Part shown: positions 9,979 through 23,778 of the stretch, piece by piece
How positions within the stretch are numbered: the first letter of the stretch is position 1
Layout of the letters: each line of letters starts with the position of its first letter
Assembly: GCA_963767925.1 (NCBI GenBank)
Contig: CAVYGB010000010.1
Coordinates: 1,312,001 to 1,376,000 of the forward strand
DNA: 64,000 nt
Origin: an uncultured delta proteobacterium
Lineage (GTDB): Bacteria > Myxococcota_A > Polyangia > Fen-1088
Direction of reading: 5' to 3'
The notes under the pieces: generated by a model
Database searches by the model: none
The model's input: only the letters and a program-made list of their open reading frames with translations
Told to the model about the DNA's origin: nothing
Translations under genes and position numbers: made by a program

Positions 9979-10782
9979 ATGAACTCTGCCGGCGAGCGTC
10001 GGATAGCGCTCTTCCTGGACTTCGAGAACCTTGTGACGAACACGGGCATCACCGCCGCGCTCTTCGATCTGCGGCCCGCCCTCGAGCTGCTGCTGGAGCG
10101 GGGCAAGGTCATCTTCCGCCGCGCCTACTGCGACTGGTCGCGCTTTCGCGAGGCCAAGACCGGCCTGCACGAGCAGGCGGTCGAGCTGATCGACGTCCCC
10201 CCCTCGACCCGGGCCGGGAAAAACGGGGCCGACATGCGCCTCGTGATCGACGCCCTCGAGCTCAACTATGCCCGCCAGCACATCGACACCTTCGTGATCG
10301 CCTCGGGCGACAGCGACTTCGTGCCCCTGGCCAACAAGCTGCGGGAGAACGACAAGATCGTGATCGGCCTCGCCGTCAAGGAGGCGACCTCGCCCTTCTT
10401 CGTGCGCGCCTGCGACGAGTTCCTCTACCTGCCCACCGGCCGCGGCGGGCGCCAGCGCGACCGGGGCAGCCCGCCGCCCCTGGCCACGCCCGCCGGCAAG
10501 ACCACCCGGACGCCGGTCCGCACCATCCCACCGCTGGCCCGCGAGGTGGTGGCGGCCCTGCTCTCACGCGCCACCGGTCCGCTCAACCCCTCGCTCATCA
10601 AGGAGACGATGGTGCGCAAGGAGCCGGACTTCGACGAGGGCGACCACGGCTTCTCGACCTTCTCCCAGCTCCTCGAGGCCATGGAGAAGGAGGGGCTGCT
10701 CCGCTGGCAACAGATCGGTGGGCGGCAGTGGTACGTGGTGGCGCCGGGCGGGGATCACGACGCGCGCGGCGACCAGGATTGA
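9979..10782 (+). CDS. NYN-domain (LabA/DUF88) protein with C-terminal OST-HTH/LOTUS domain
   Basis: IALFLDFEN, GKNGADMRLVIDA, SGDSDFVPL; C-terminal PDFDEGDHGFSTFSQLLE. Confidence 0.9.
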   Translation: MNSAGERRIALFLDFENLVTNTGITAALFDLRPALELLLERGKVIFRRAYCDWSRFREAKTGLHEQAVELIDVPPSTRAGKNGADMRLVIDALELNYARQHIDTFVIASGDSDFVPLANKLRENDKIVIGLAVKEATSPFFVRACDEFLYLPTGRGGRQRDRGSPPPLATPAGKTTRTPVRTIPPLAREVVAALLSRATGPLNPSLIKETMVRKEPDFDEGDHGFSTFSQLLEAMEKEGLLRWQQIGGRQWYVVAPGGDHDARGDQD

Positions 10783-10816
10783 ACGGCACCCTTGAGTCCC
10801 GGGGGGGCTCCGTGAC

Positions 10817-11794
10817 ATGTTTTGGCCCGTCGTGCGCGTTCCGGGAAAACTGCGAGCCGCCCTGGCCGGCCCCCTGCTGCTGACGCTCGTCCTGCTGCTG
10901 GCGGCCCGACCCGCGCCCGCGCAGTCGCAGTCACAGCGGCCCCGGCCGGCCACGCCGAGCCCGCGTCCGGGGGCGCGCCCCTCGTTCGACCCCCACACCG
11001 CCCTGCTCGAGGCCTCGGTCCCCAGCCTCACCAGCGCCTCGGTGCGCGGCGATCGGGCCGAGCTGGCCCGCTGGGCCGACCGGCTGGGCCCCGCCCGCCT
11101 GGCCACCCTGCTGCAGCGGCGCGAGCGGGCCACCCTGCTGGCCGCGCTCGATTGCACGCGCACGCTCGAGGGCAACGTCCGCCTGCTGCCCTGGGTGACC
11201 CGGCTCATCGGCAGCGCCGACGCCCAGGTGGCCGAGCGGGCCATCCAGACGGTGGGCGAGCTCCTGCGCGCCGACCAGCTCGGCAAGCTGCTCGAGTGGG
11301 AGGTGGCGGCGGTGGAGGTGGGCGCCGCCTGCGCGGCGCTGGCCCGGGCCGCCGATCAGGCGAGCGCCCCCCAGCCGCTGCGCCAGCGCGCCCTCGAGGC
11401 GCTGGCCGAGGGTTATGCCTTCTGCCGGGTCAGCATCCCGGCCGAGACCCTGAGCTCGGAGATGTGGCCGGAGATCCGGCGGGCCGCCCTGCTGGCCCCT
11501 CAGATCGTGCGCACCCGGGAGGTCGAGGCGATCGGCGAGATGACCGCCGACCGCTCGCCGCAGGTGGCGGCGGCCGCCGCCGCCATCTGGTGCCGCCACC
11601 GCTTCGAGCCGCTGCGCCGGGGCGGGGTGAACGACGAGGCCCGCCAGCGCTTCGTCCGCATGCGCGCGCTGGTCATGCAGCCGACCATCGCCGCCGAGGA
11701 CGCGGCCGAGATGTTGCCCTGCCTGTCGCTCTCGCGCGACCCCGAGGACCGCAAGGCCTTCGAGGCAGCCCGCAAGCGCCTCATCACCAACTGA
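10817..11794 (+). CDS. Hypothetical secreted alpha-helical (HEAT-like) protein
   Basis: Signal peptide-like N-terminus, high-GC3 codons, Ala/Leu/Arg-rich helices. Confidence 0.65.
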   Translation: MFWPVVRVPGKLRAALAGPLLLTLVLLLAARPAPAQSQSQRPRPATPSPRPGARPSFDPHTALLEASVPSLTSASVRGDRAELARWADRLGPARLATLLQRRERATLLAALDCTRTLEGNVRLLPWVTRLIGSADAQVAERAIQTVGELLRADQLGKLLEWEVAAVEVGAACAALARAADQASAPQPLRQRALEALAEGYAFCRVSIPAETLSSEMWPEIRRAALLAPQIVRTREVEAIGEMTADRSPQVAAAAAAIWCRHRFEPLRRGGVNDEARQRFVRMRALVMQPTIAAEDAAEMLPCLSLSRDPEDRKAFEAARKRLITN

Positions 11795-11838
11795 GCCCGC
11801 GACCCGCCACGATAACGTGGTACCTTGCTGTCGTGACC

Positions 11839-12171
11839 ATGGGGCTGGCAGCTCCGGCGGCGGTGCCGGTCGAGGTGCGCGCGACCGACCAGAGGGTCTT
11901 CCGCCTGTCGCAGGAGATCGGCCCCGGCGGCCTGCGGCTGCAGCGCCCGGCACCCTTCGAGCCCGGACGCCCGGTGGTGGTGCTGTTCGCCCTGCCCGGC
12001 CAGACCGACCGGCTCGAGCTGGTGGCCGAGGTCGCCACCACCGGCGACCCCTCCGAGGAGGAAGGCGAGAAGGGCGGCCTGCAGCTCTACTTCCGCGAGG
12101 CGCCGCCGGAGACCCGCGCCCACATCAGCGCCTACGTGGCCGAGCGCCTGGGCCTCCCTCCCCTCCCCTGA
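11839..12171 (+). CDS. Stand-alone PilZ-like domain protein
   Basis: EIGPGGLRL...[12 protein letters not shown]...LVAEV...GLQLYF...ISAYV fits the PilZ fold; RxxxR motif is absent. It is the 3' part of ORF 10822..12171. Confidence 0.7.
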   Translation: MGLAAPAAVPVEVRATDQRVFRLSQEIGPGGLRLQRPAPFEPGRPVVVLFALPGQTDRLELVAEVATTGDPSEEEGEKGGLQLYFREAPPETRAHISAYVAERLGLPPLP

Positions 12172-12172
12172 T

Positions 12173-13751
<1,579 letters not shown>

Positions 13752-13755
<4 letters not shown>

Positions 13756-15503
13756 GCTGTCCGGCCGGCCTGGGACGCGCCCTTTCGCTGGCGGTGGCGC
13801 TGCTCGCCGCCAGCGGCTGCGCCACCGGGCGGCCGGCCGTGTCGAAGCTGGTCGGGGGCAAGGTCGTCGTCACGCGGCCGGTGGATCCCAACGCCTACGA
13901 ACACGTGGGGCGGGCCCTCCTTTACGAGGAGGCGGATCGCCCCGAAGACGCCATCGCCGAGCTGCAGCGGGCCCTCAACTTCGATCGCGAGGCGCCCGAG
14001 GTGCACGCCCGCATCGCCGAGCTGTACCTCGGCCTCGACAAGGTGAAGGAGGCCGAGCAGGCGGTGCGCACGTCGCTGGCCATCGCCGAGACCGTCGACG
14101 GGTTCGTGGCCCAGGCCCGCCTGCGCCGGCGCCAGGGTGACCTGGGAGGCGACGTGGCCTCCCTGCGCAAGGCGGTGTCGCTGTCCGGCTTCGGCGAGGA
14201 CGCACCCCAGGCCATCTCCACCTACCTCGAGCTGGCCGACGCCCAGCTCATGTCGCTCGACATAGACGGGGCCTTCGCCACCCTGGAGGACCTGGCGGCG
14301 GGCGCGCCCCAGTCGGCCATCGCCCACATCCGGCTCGCCTCGGTGGCCTGGGCCCTCGGGGCCCACGAGCAGACCGAGCGGGAGCTGCGCCTGGCCCTGC
14401 AGGTCGAGCCCAACCAGCTCGACGCCCTCCTGATGCTGGCCTGGCTGCACACGGCCGCCGGCAAGACGGGAGAAGCCCGGGCCCGCTTCGCCGAGGCGCT
14501 CGAGCGCTCGGAGGGCTCCTTCGAGGTGGCGGCGGCCTACGCCCGCTTCCTCATCGCCATCGGCGAGCCCAGGGGCGCGGCCGACCTGGCCGACGACCTG
14601 GCCACCGCCGGCACCGACGACGAGACAATCCTGGGTCGGATCGATCTCGAGCGGGCCGCCCACCGCGCTGACCGGGCCCTGGCCCTGGCCCGCGAGCGGC
14701 GGGGCGCCGCCAACAGCTCGGAGGAGACCCGGGCCCGCCTCGACATCCTCATCGCCGAGATGCTGGCCGACAAGGACGCCGCCGCGGCGGTGGCCGGCCT
14801 GCAGGGCGTGCCCCGCAGCGCCGCCGCCTTCGTGGAGTCGCGGCTGCGGGCGGCGGCCCTGCTGCGCGGGGCGGGCAAGCTGCCGGAGGCCAAGCAGGCC
14901 CTGGCCGAGGCGGAGAGCGAGGCCAAGACGCCGGCCCAGCTCGAGGAGATCGCCCTGGCCCACGCCCTCACCGACGAGAAGGCCGGGGCCTCCGCCCAGG
15001 CGTTGACCCGGCTGGATCAGCTCGCCGCCCAGCGCCCGCGGGCCCGCGTGCTCATGGCCAAGGCCTTCCTGCTCGAGCGGCTGGGCCGCTGGAAAGACGC
15101 CCTGGCGGTGGCCGACGCCGTGATCCAGGCCGAGCCGAGCAACGCCGAGGCCCTCAACTTCTGGGGCTTCGTCGCCGCCGACCACGGGCACGAGCTCGAG
15201 CGGGCCCGCCAGCGCATCCGGGCCGCGCTCGCCTTCGAGCCGGGCTCGGGCGCCGTCCTCGACAGCCTGGGCTGGGCCCACCTGCAGGCGGGCGACCTCG
15301 TCAAGGCGACCCTCTTTCTCGAGCAGGCGGTCCGGCTGGAGCCGGAGGACCCCGAGGTGCTGGGGCACCTGGCCGAGCTGCTGGCCCGCAACGGTCAGCG
15401 CGATCGCGCCGAGCAGGCGCTGCGGAAGGCCCTCGGCAGCAAGCCCGAAGATCCCCTGCGCCGGCGGCTCGAGGAGCAGCTCGCCCGGTCGAGGGGCAAG
15501 TAG
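13752..15503 (+). CDS. Tetratricopeptide-repeat lipoprotein
   Basis: AASGC lipobox; TPRs including [28 protein letters not shown]. Confidence 0.88.
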
Positions 15504-15506
15504 TTG

Positions 15507-16379
15507 GTGACCGCCGCGCGCGGGTGGGCCCTGGCCCTCGGCGGTCTCGCCCTGCTGGCGGGGGGCTGCCTCGGCTGCGCGCCGGCGTTCGTGGCTCAGC
15601 GGCCCTACCCCACCCCCTCGGCCGACGACCTGCTGACCGGGCTGCGCGCCCGGCAGCAGGCGGTGCAGGCGGCCGATCTGGAGACCCGCACCACCAGCGC
15701 GATCGGGGACCAGCGCGGGCGGGCCACCGTGCTGATGCTTGTCGACCGGGCCGGGCGCCTGCGCTTCGACGTGGAGGTGGCCCTGCACGGGGCGGTGGCC
15801 ACCCTGGCCACCGACGGGCAAAACTTCGCCCTGCTCGACCTCAACGCCAACGTGTTTCGCCAGGGGGGCGCCTGTCCGGAGAACCTGGCCCTGCTGGTCC
15901 CGGTGCCGCTGCGCCCGGCCGAGATCGCCGCCATCCTGCTGGGAGATGCCCCGCTGGCCCCCGAGGCCCGGGCCGTCGACCTGACCTGGGACGGCAAGGC
16001 CCGGACCGACGTGCTGCAGATCGAGAACCCGGGCGGCGGCCAGACGCTGGCCGAACGGGTGTGGGTGAGCCTGCGGCGCAGCGAGGAGGGGAGACGATGG
16101 GACGTGGTGGGGCTCGAGGCGCGGCCGATGCCGGGGCAGGGGCGCTGGCGGGTGGCGTTCGAGGATCTGCAGGTCGAGGGGGGCTGGTCGCACCCGGGGG
16201 TCATCCGCTTCGCCGAGCCGGGGCGGCGCTTCGAGGACGGGGTCGAGATCGTGGTCAAGAAGCGCCGGCTCAACCCCAGCTTGCGCCCGCAGGCCTTCAC
16301 CCTCACCCCACCCGAGGGGTTCGGCACGCTCTTTCACCCATGCCCGTCGGACGCGCCGCCGCCGCCCGCGGGCTCCTGA
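15507..16379 (+). CDS. LolB-like/DUF4292-like lipoprotein
   Basis: Lipobox (CLGC); GRLRFDV, ATLATDGQNFALLD, LNPSLRPQAFTL. Follows the TPR gene, as lolB does in many bacteria. Confidence 0.6.
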   Translation: MTAARGWALALGGLALLAGGCLGCAPAFVAQRPYPTPSADDLLTGLRARQQAVQAADLETRTTSAIGDQRGRATVLMLVDRAGRLRFDVEVALHGAVATLATDGQNFALLDLNANVFRQGGACPENLALLVPVPLRPAEIAAILLGDAPLAPEARAVDLTWDGKARTDVLQIENPGGGQTLAERVWVSLRRSEEGRRWDVVGLEARPMPGQGRWRVAFEDLQVEGGWSHPGVIRFAEPGRRFEDGVEIVVKKRRLNPSLRPQAFTLTPPEGFGTLFHPCPSDAPPPPAGS

Positions 16380-17601
16380 TCCTCGCGCTGGTCGCCGGAC
16401 CGGTCCTTGCGGGCCCGGGGGTCGCTCGGGCGGGCGAAGGCCGACCGCTCCGCCCGATGGGCAACGGGGCCCGCAGCTACTTCGCGCCGGTGGCGCCCGG
16501 GGTGGCCGACGAGGTGCTGACCGACAGCCTGGCCCGGGGCATCCTGCGGCTGATCCGGGAAGGCGCCGCCGGACGCGGCCGGCGGCCGCCCGAGCCGGAC
16601 GCCCGCCTGCACGCGGTGGCCGAGACGCTGGCCGCCACCCTCGGCCCCGACGAGGTGCCCGGGCTGCAGATGCAGGAGTTCCTGCTGTCGCACCACGGGC
16701 TCGGCGATCCGGTGCCCGAGCTGTTCATGTTGCAGATGGGGGTGGAGGACGACTTCATCCGCGACAAGGTGGCGGCCAGCGTCGTGCGGGCCCTGGGCGC
16801 GAGCCCGCAGGCCCGGATCGGGGTGGGCGTGTTCCGCCGCTGGTTCCGCAAGTGTGTGGTGGTGGCCTTGCAGCGGGTCGAGGTGGAGATGTTGCCGGTC
16901 CCCCGGCGCCTCCCGGCCGGCGGCTCGGCGCTGCTGGGCGGGCGCCTGCGCCGGGGCCTCTGGAACCCCAGCGGCCTGGTGACCCCTCCGGCCGGCGACG
17001 TGCGCGCGCTCGGCCTGCGCCAGAGCCCGGGCGGCAGCTTCCAGGGCAGCTTTCGCTGCGACGCCGGGCCCGGGCGCTACCAGGTCGAGGTCATGGCCGG
17101 CAGCCGGGCGGGCAAGACGGTGGTGGCCAACTTCCCCCTCTTCTGCGACGTCTCCCCACCGGGCGAGGGCCCCCGGGTGACAATCCGCGGGCCCGAGTCG
17201 AACGATCCCCGCGAGGCCGAGGCCCTGCTGCTCGAGGCGGTCAACCGCGACCGCGCGGCAGGCCGGCCTGCCGCCGCTGACCTGGGATCCGTCGCTGGCC
17301 CGGGTGGCGCGCAGCTACAGCGCCGAGATGTCCGACCGCGAGCAGGTCGATCACCAGTCCGCCTCCAGCGGCAACGCCGCCGATCGGGTTCGCCGGGGCG
17401 GCGCGCGGGCCTCGATCATCCTGGAGAACGTGGCCCGCGCCAACTCGATCGCCGACGCCCAGCGCAGCTTCATGACCAGCCCCGGCCACCGGGCCAACGT
17501 GCTCGACCGCGAGCGTCACCCGCATGGGGGCCGGCGTGGTGATCCGGCGCGAGCCCGGCGGGGTGCCCACCCTCTACGTCACCCAGCTCTTCTCGCCCTG
17601 A
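16340..17601 (+). CDS. CAP (SCP) domain protein, two apparent +1 frameshifts (about 17257 and 17514)
   Basis: LLEAVNRDR.AGLPPLTWD, VARSYSAEM, ENVA, FMTSPGHRANVL, LYVTQLF across three frames. Confidence 0.85.
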
Positions 17602-17617
17602 GCAGCGCTGCGGCCGC

Positions 17618-18766
<1,149 letters not shown>

Positions 18767-18978
18767 CAATCCAAAGCCTAGCACGACCAGCCGGCGCACG
18801 TCGAAGGCGCAACGTCGCAGACCGGGACCAGCAGGTACCGGCCGACCGCACCGCGCAGCACACGGGCGGGTCCAGCGGGCCGGGCAAGTGAGGTAAAAGG
18901 GAGCGCCTTGGCCAACGACAGAGCGGAAGCGGAAGCGGAGGTGGGCGTCGCACCGGCCCGGTCGAGTCCCTGGCGCCG

Positions 18979-20025
18979 GTGGCGACCGCCGCGATCAACT
19001 CGCCCCAGGCCGGCCTGGTGCTGGTCATCGCGGTCCTGTGCGGCGCGCTCGCCGCCTTCGCCGGCAGCCACGTCGATCGGGTGACCGGCCTGCCGGTGAA
19101 CAGCTTCCTCAACTCGTACACGCTGATCCAGACCGCCACCGACGCGAGCTTCTTCGCGGTGATGGCGGTGGGCGCGACCCTGGTGATCATCTCGGGCGGG
19201 ATCGATCTCTCGGTGGGATCCATCTATGCGCTGGCCGGGACCACCATGGCCCTGGTCCTGCGGGCGGCCGGGCCGCTCGACGGTGGCGCGGCGGTGCTGC
19301 TGGGCTTCGTGGTCTGTGTCGGCGTGGGCCTTGCTTGTGGCCTGCTCAACGGCTTGCTGGTGGTGGGGCTGAAGGTGCACCCCTTCGTGATCACCCTCGG
19401 GTCGATGTGGGTGCTGCGGGGGATCGCCTTCGTGGCCAGCAAGGCCGAGAGCATCCTGGTACCGGACGCGCTCACGGCGGTGGCCAAGGCCCCGCTCGGC
19501 CTGGGCGCCTCCCTCTACCCGGTGCCGATGTTGACCATGCTGGGCGTCACGGTGGCGGGGGCGATCTACCTGTCCCGCACGGTGATGGGCCGGCACATCT
19601 TCGCGGTGGGCGGCAACGCCGAGGCCAGCCTCTACTCCGGCCTGCGCCTCGGTAAAATTCGCGCCGGGGTGTACGCCCTGTCGGGGCTGAGCGCGGGGCT
19701 GGCCGCCTTCCTGGGGGCCAGCTTCTACGGCTCGGCCTCCTGCGGGGACGCGACCGGGTACGAGCTGTACGTCATCGCGGCGGCGGTGGTGGGCGGGGCC
19801 AGCCTGTCGGGCGGCAAGGGGAGCGCGGTGTCGGCCATGCTGGGGGCGCTCCTGATCGTCCTCATCCGCCAGGCCATCCGCACCCTGCACTTCGATCAGA
19901 ACTACGAGTGGATCATCATCGGCTGCGCCATCGTGCTGGCGGTGGTGGTCGACCAGGCGAGCGCCCGGGCCACCGCCCGCCGCCTGGCCCGGAGCGCGGC
20001 GGTGGCGCGCATGCACAAGGGCTGA
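18979..20025 (+). CDS. Sugar ABC transporter permease (RbsC-like)
   Basis: GGIDLSVGS, PFVITLG, GRHIFAVGGN, GYELYVIAAAVVGGASLSGGKGS. Confidence 0.93.
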   Translation: MATAAINSPQAGLVLVIAVLCGALAAFAGSHVDRVTGLPVNSFLNSYTLIQTATDASFFAVMAVGATLVIISGGIDLSVGSIYALAGTTMALVLRAAGPLDGGAAVLLGFVVCVGVGLACGLLNGLLVVGLKVHPFVITLGSMWVLRGIAFVASKAESILVPDALTAVAKAPLGLGASLYPVPMLTMLGVTVAGAIYLSRTVMGRHIFAVGGNAEASLYSGLRLGKIRAGVYALSGLSAGLAAFLGASFYGSASCGDATGYELYVIAAAVVGGASLSGGKGSAVSAMLGALLIVLIRQAIRTLHFDQNYEWIIIGCAIVLAVVVDQASARATARRLARSAAVARMHKG

Positions 20026-20064
20026 CCCCCTCCATTTGCCCCGTTTAAGTGATAGGACGGAGGC

Positions 20065-21097
20065 ATGAGGTCCACTCTCCGGAAGCCCTGGACGATGACG
20101 ATCGGGCGCGCGGCGGCCGGCGTCGCCCTGCTGGGCGCGCTGCTGGCCTGCAAGAAGGACGCGCCCGCCCCGGCCCCCGCCGCCGGGGGCGGGGGCAACC
20201 GCTACAAGCTGGCCCTCATCGCCAAGAGCTCCACCAACCCGGTGTTCCTGGCGGCGCGCGAGGGGGCGGAGGCCGCCGCCCGCGAGCTGAAGGCCAAACA
20301 TGGCCTCGAGATCGAGGTGGCCTGGCTGACCCCGCCCCAGGAGGACGGTCAGGTGCAGGCCCAGCGGATCGCCCAGGCGGTCAACGAGGGGGCCCACGCC
20401 ATCCTCATCGCCTGCTCCGACGCGGGCAAGGTGACCGGCGCGATCAACGACGCGGTCGCGCGCGGGGTGGAGGTGATGACCTTCGACAGCGACGCCCCCC
20501 AGTCGCGCCGCTTCGCCTTTTACGGGGTCGACGACATGAAGCTGGGCCAGCGGATCATGGCCGAGCTGGCCCCCCTGCTGGGGGGCAAGGGCAAGGTCGC
20601 CATCCTGGCCGGCAACCAGAACGCCACCAACTTGCGCAAGCGGGTGGACGGCATCAAGGCCGAGGCGGCCAAGCACCCCCAAGATCCAGATCATCGACAC
20701 CTTCTTCCACCTGGAGACGCCCCAGGACGCCGCCGCCGAGGTGCTGCGCGTGCAGAACGCCCACCCCGACCTGGTGGGGTGGGCCATGGTGGGAGGCTGG
20801 CCGCTGTTCACCAAGACGCTGCTGACCGACCTCGACCCCGGCAAGGTTAAGATCGTCGCCGTCGACGCCCTGCCCGCCCAGCTCCCCTACGTGGACAAGG
20901 GCCTGTCGCCCATCCTGCTGGCCCAGCCCATCTTCAACTGGGGCAAGGTCAGCGTCGAGACGGTGATCGACAAGCTGCACTTCAAGAAGGAGATCCCGGC
21001 CTACGTGCCGATGGACGTCACCCGGGTGACGAAGGAGAACCTCGGCGCCTGGGCCAAGCAGCTCCGCGAGTGGAAGTTCACCGACGTCCCGTTCTGA
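20065..21097 (+). CDS. Sugar ABC substrate-binding lipoprotein (RbsB-like), +1 frameshift in a C-run near 20678
   Basis: LLAC lipobox, NPVF, VMTFDSD. ORFs 20065..20850 and 20741..21097 join if one C is removed. Confidence 0.9.
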
Positions 21098-21112
21098 CCG
21101 ACCCCGGCCCTC

Positions 21113-22693
21113 ATGAGCAGCTCCCCCGCGGTCCGGTTCGATCGGGTCACGAAGCGCTTTCCCGGCGTCCTCGCCGTCGAGGAGGTCTCGTTCGAGGTGG
21201 CGGCCGGCACCTGCCACGCCATCTGCGGCGAAAACGGAGCGGGCAAGAGCACCCTCGGCAAGCTGCTGGCCGGGATCCACCAGGCCGACGGCGGGCAGCT
21301 CTTCCTGCACGGGCGGGCGGTGGCCTTCCCCACCCCGGGAGACGCCCGCCGGGCGGGGGTGGGCATGGTCCACCAGGAGCTGGCCTTCGCCGAGAACCTC
21401 TCGGTGGCCGAGAACCTGTGCCTGGGCGACCTGCCCCGGCGGCTGGGGTTCGTGTCCTTCGACGAGGTGCGGGAGCGGGCCCGGCAGATGCTGGCCACCA
21501 TCGACGCCGGCATCGACGAGCGGCGGCTGGCCGGCGCGCTGACGGTGGGCGAGCAGCAGCTCTGCCAGATCGCGGCCGCGGTGGGCAGCGGCGCCCGGGT
21601 GCTTGTGTTCGACGAGCCCTCGAGCAGCCTCAGCCGGGGCGAGGCCGAGCGCCTGTTCGCGCTGATCGAGCGGCTCAAGGCGCGGGGGGTTACCATCCTG
21701 TACGTCTCGCACCGGCTGCCGGAGATCTACCGGCTGTGCGACGCCATCACCGTGCTGCGCGACGGCCGGCACGTGGTGACGACCGCGACCGGGGAGCTCG
21801 ACGAGGGGCGCCTGATCCAGGCGATGATCGGCCGGGCCCTGGTCCCCTACGCCCCCCGCTCGGTGGGACGCCCGCCGGGCGAGGTCATGCTGAAGGTCGA
21901 GCGGCTCTCGAGCCCCGGCCGCTTCGCCGACCTGTCGCTGTCGGTGCGGGCCGGCGAGATCGTCGGGGTGGCCGGCCTGATCGGGGCGGGGCGCACCGAG
22001 CTTTTGCGGGCCCTGTTCGGCCTCGACCCCGACGCGCGCGGGCGCCTGGAGGTTCAGGGGCGCCCGGAGCGGCCGGCCGACCCGGCCGCCGCCATGGCCC
22101 TCGGGCTGGGGCTGGTGCCCGAAGACCGCAAGCGGCAGGGGCTGGTGCTCGGCATGTCGGCCCTGGCCAACCTCACCTTGCCGATCCTCGCCGGGTCCCG
22201 CACCAGCCGCTTCGGGTTCGTGCGGGCGGCGGCCGAGCAGGCCCTGGCGCTGGAGCTGTTCCGGGCCCTGCGGGTGCGAGCGCCCGATCCGGACTTCCTG
22301 GCCGCCGGGCTGTCGGGCGGCAACCAGCAGAAGATCGTGCTCGCCAAGTGGCTGGCCGCCCGCTGCCGGGTGCTGCTGCTCGACGAGCCCACCCGGGGGG
22401 TCGACGTGGGCGGCAAGGCCGAGATCCACGACCTCATAGACGGGCTGGCGGTCGAGGGGACCGCGGTCCTGCTGGTCTCGAGCGAGCTGCCCGAGCTGCT
22501 CAAGCTGTCGCACCGGATCCTGGTGCTGCGCGAGGGCCGGCTGGTCGGCGAGGTGGGCCGCAACGCGGCCAGCGAGGAGACGGTGCTGCGGATGATGGGG
22601 GGCGTGACGGGGGGCGTGGCGGGGGGCATGAGCGGCGGCGGCGCACTTGGAGGACCGGCCCCCGCGGGCGCTCCGGCAGGAGGGGCGCCGTGA
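21113..22693 (+). CDS. Sugar ABC ATP-binding protein (RbsA-like, two NBDs)
   Basis: GENGAGKST, FDEPSSSL, VPEDRK, LSGGNQQK, LDEPTRGVDVG. Confidence 0.95.
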   Translation: MSSSPAVRFDRVTKRFPGVLAVEEVSFEVAAGTCHAICGENGAGKSTLGKLLAGIHQADGGQLFLHGRAVAFPTPGDARRAGVGMVHQELAFAENLSVAENLCLGDLPRRLGFVSFDEVRERARQMLATIDAGIDERRLAGALTVGEQQLCQIAAAVGSGARVLVFDEPSSSLSRGEAERLFALIERLKARGVTILYVSHRLPEIYRLCDAITVLRDGRHVVTTATGELDEGRLIQAMIGRALVPYAPRSVGRPPGEVMLKVERLSSPGRFADLSLSVRAGEIVGVAGLIGAGRTELLRALFGLDPDARGRLEVQGRPERPADPAAAMALGLGLVPEDRKRQGLVLGMSALANLTLPILAGSRTSRFGFVRAAAEQALALELFRALRVRAPDPDFLAAGLSGGNQQKIVLAKWLAARCRVLLLDEPTRGVDVGGKAEIHDLIDGLAVEGTAVLLVSSELPELLKLSHRILVLREGRLVGEVGRNAASEETVLRMMGGVTGGVAGGMSGGGALGGPAPAGAPAGGAP

Positions 22694-23778
22694 GCGCGAC
22701 CGAGCAGGCCGACGTGGTCATCATCGGCGGCGGGGTGATCGGCTGCGCGGTCGCCGCCCGGCTGGCCCGGCCGGGCCGGGAGCTGATCGTGCTCGAGGCC
22801 GAGCCGCTGCTGGGGACCGGGGTCACCAGCCGCAACAGCGGGGTCATTCACAGCGGCCTCTATTATCCGCCCGATTCGCTCAAGGCCGCGGCCTGCGTGC
22901 GGGGCAACCGCCTGCTCTACGAGTGGGCCGAGCGCACCGGGGTCTGGTACCGCAAGACCGGCAAGCTCGTGGTGGCCCACTCGCTGACCCAGCTCGCGGA
23001 GCTGCAGGCCCTCTACGAAAACGCCAGCGCCTCGGGGGCGCCCGGGATCTCGCTCATCGACGGGGGGGCGGTGTCGGCGCTCGAGCCGTCGCTCACCATG
23101 GCGGCGGCGCTCTATTGCGCCGAGACCGGCATCATCGATCAGCACGAGCTGGTGCTGTCGCTGCGCGCGGCGGCCGAGCAGGCCGGGGCGGTGGTCGTCA
23201 CCTCGGCGGCCGTCACCCACATCGAGCCGGTGGCGGGCGGGTTCGCCCTCACCACAAAGCGGGGCGAGCTGCGCGCCGAGCGGGTGGTCAACGCCGCCGG
23301 CCTGGCCTCCACCGACGTGGCCCGGCTGGTCGGGCTCGACCGCTACACCATCTACCCCTGCCGGGGCGACTACTTCACCCTGCGCTCGCCGGCGAGCTAC
23401 CGGCACCTCATCTATCCGGTCAAGGACAAGACCAGCCCGGGCCTGGGCGTCCACCTCACCCTCGACCGCAGCGGGGCCTACCGCCTGGGCCCCGACGCCG
23501 AATACGTCGACCGCTGCGACGACTTTCGCCCGGCCGAGCACAAGCTGCCCCAGTTCCTCGAGGCCGCCATCCGGCTGCTGGGCCCCCTCACGGCCGATCA
23601 GCTCGCCTACGAGGGCTGCGGCATCCGCCCCAAGCTGCGCGCGCCCCACGAGCCAGCCGAGCGCGACTTCGTGCTAGAGGAGCACCCGGGCGGCTTTTAC
23701 CACCTCATCGGGATCGAGTCGCCCGGCCTGACCGCCTCGCTCGATCTGGCCGACCGGGTCGCGGCGCTCATCCGCTGA
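22690..23778 (+). CDS. FAD-dependent oxidoreductase, L-2-hydroxyglutarate oxidase (LhgO)-like
   Basis: IIGGGVIG, TSRNSGVIHSGLYY, GLGVHLT, GIRPKL, GIESPGLTAS. GTG start overlaps the upstream stop. Confidence 0.88.
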   Translation: MSATEQADVVIIGGGVIGCAVAARLARPGRELIVLEAEPLLGTGVTSRNSGVIHSGLYYPPDSLKAAACVRGNRLLYEWAERTGVWYRKTGKLVVAHSLTQLAELQALYENASASGAPGISLIDGGAVSALEPSLTMAAALYCAETGIIDQHELVLSLRAAAEQAGAVVVTSAAVTHIEPVAGGFALTTKRGELRAERVVNAAGLASTDVARLVGLDRYTIYPCRGDYFTLRSPASYRHLIYPVKDKTSPGLGVHLTLDRSGAYRLGPDAEYVDRCDDFRPAEHKLPQFLEAAIRLLGPLTADQLAYEGCGIRPKLRAPHEPAERDFVLEEHPGGFYHLIGIESPGLTASLDLADRVAALIR

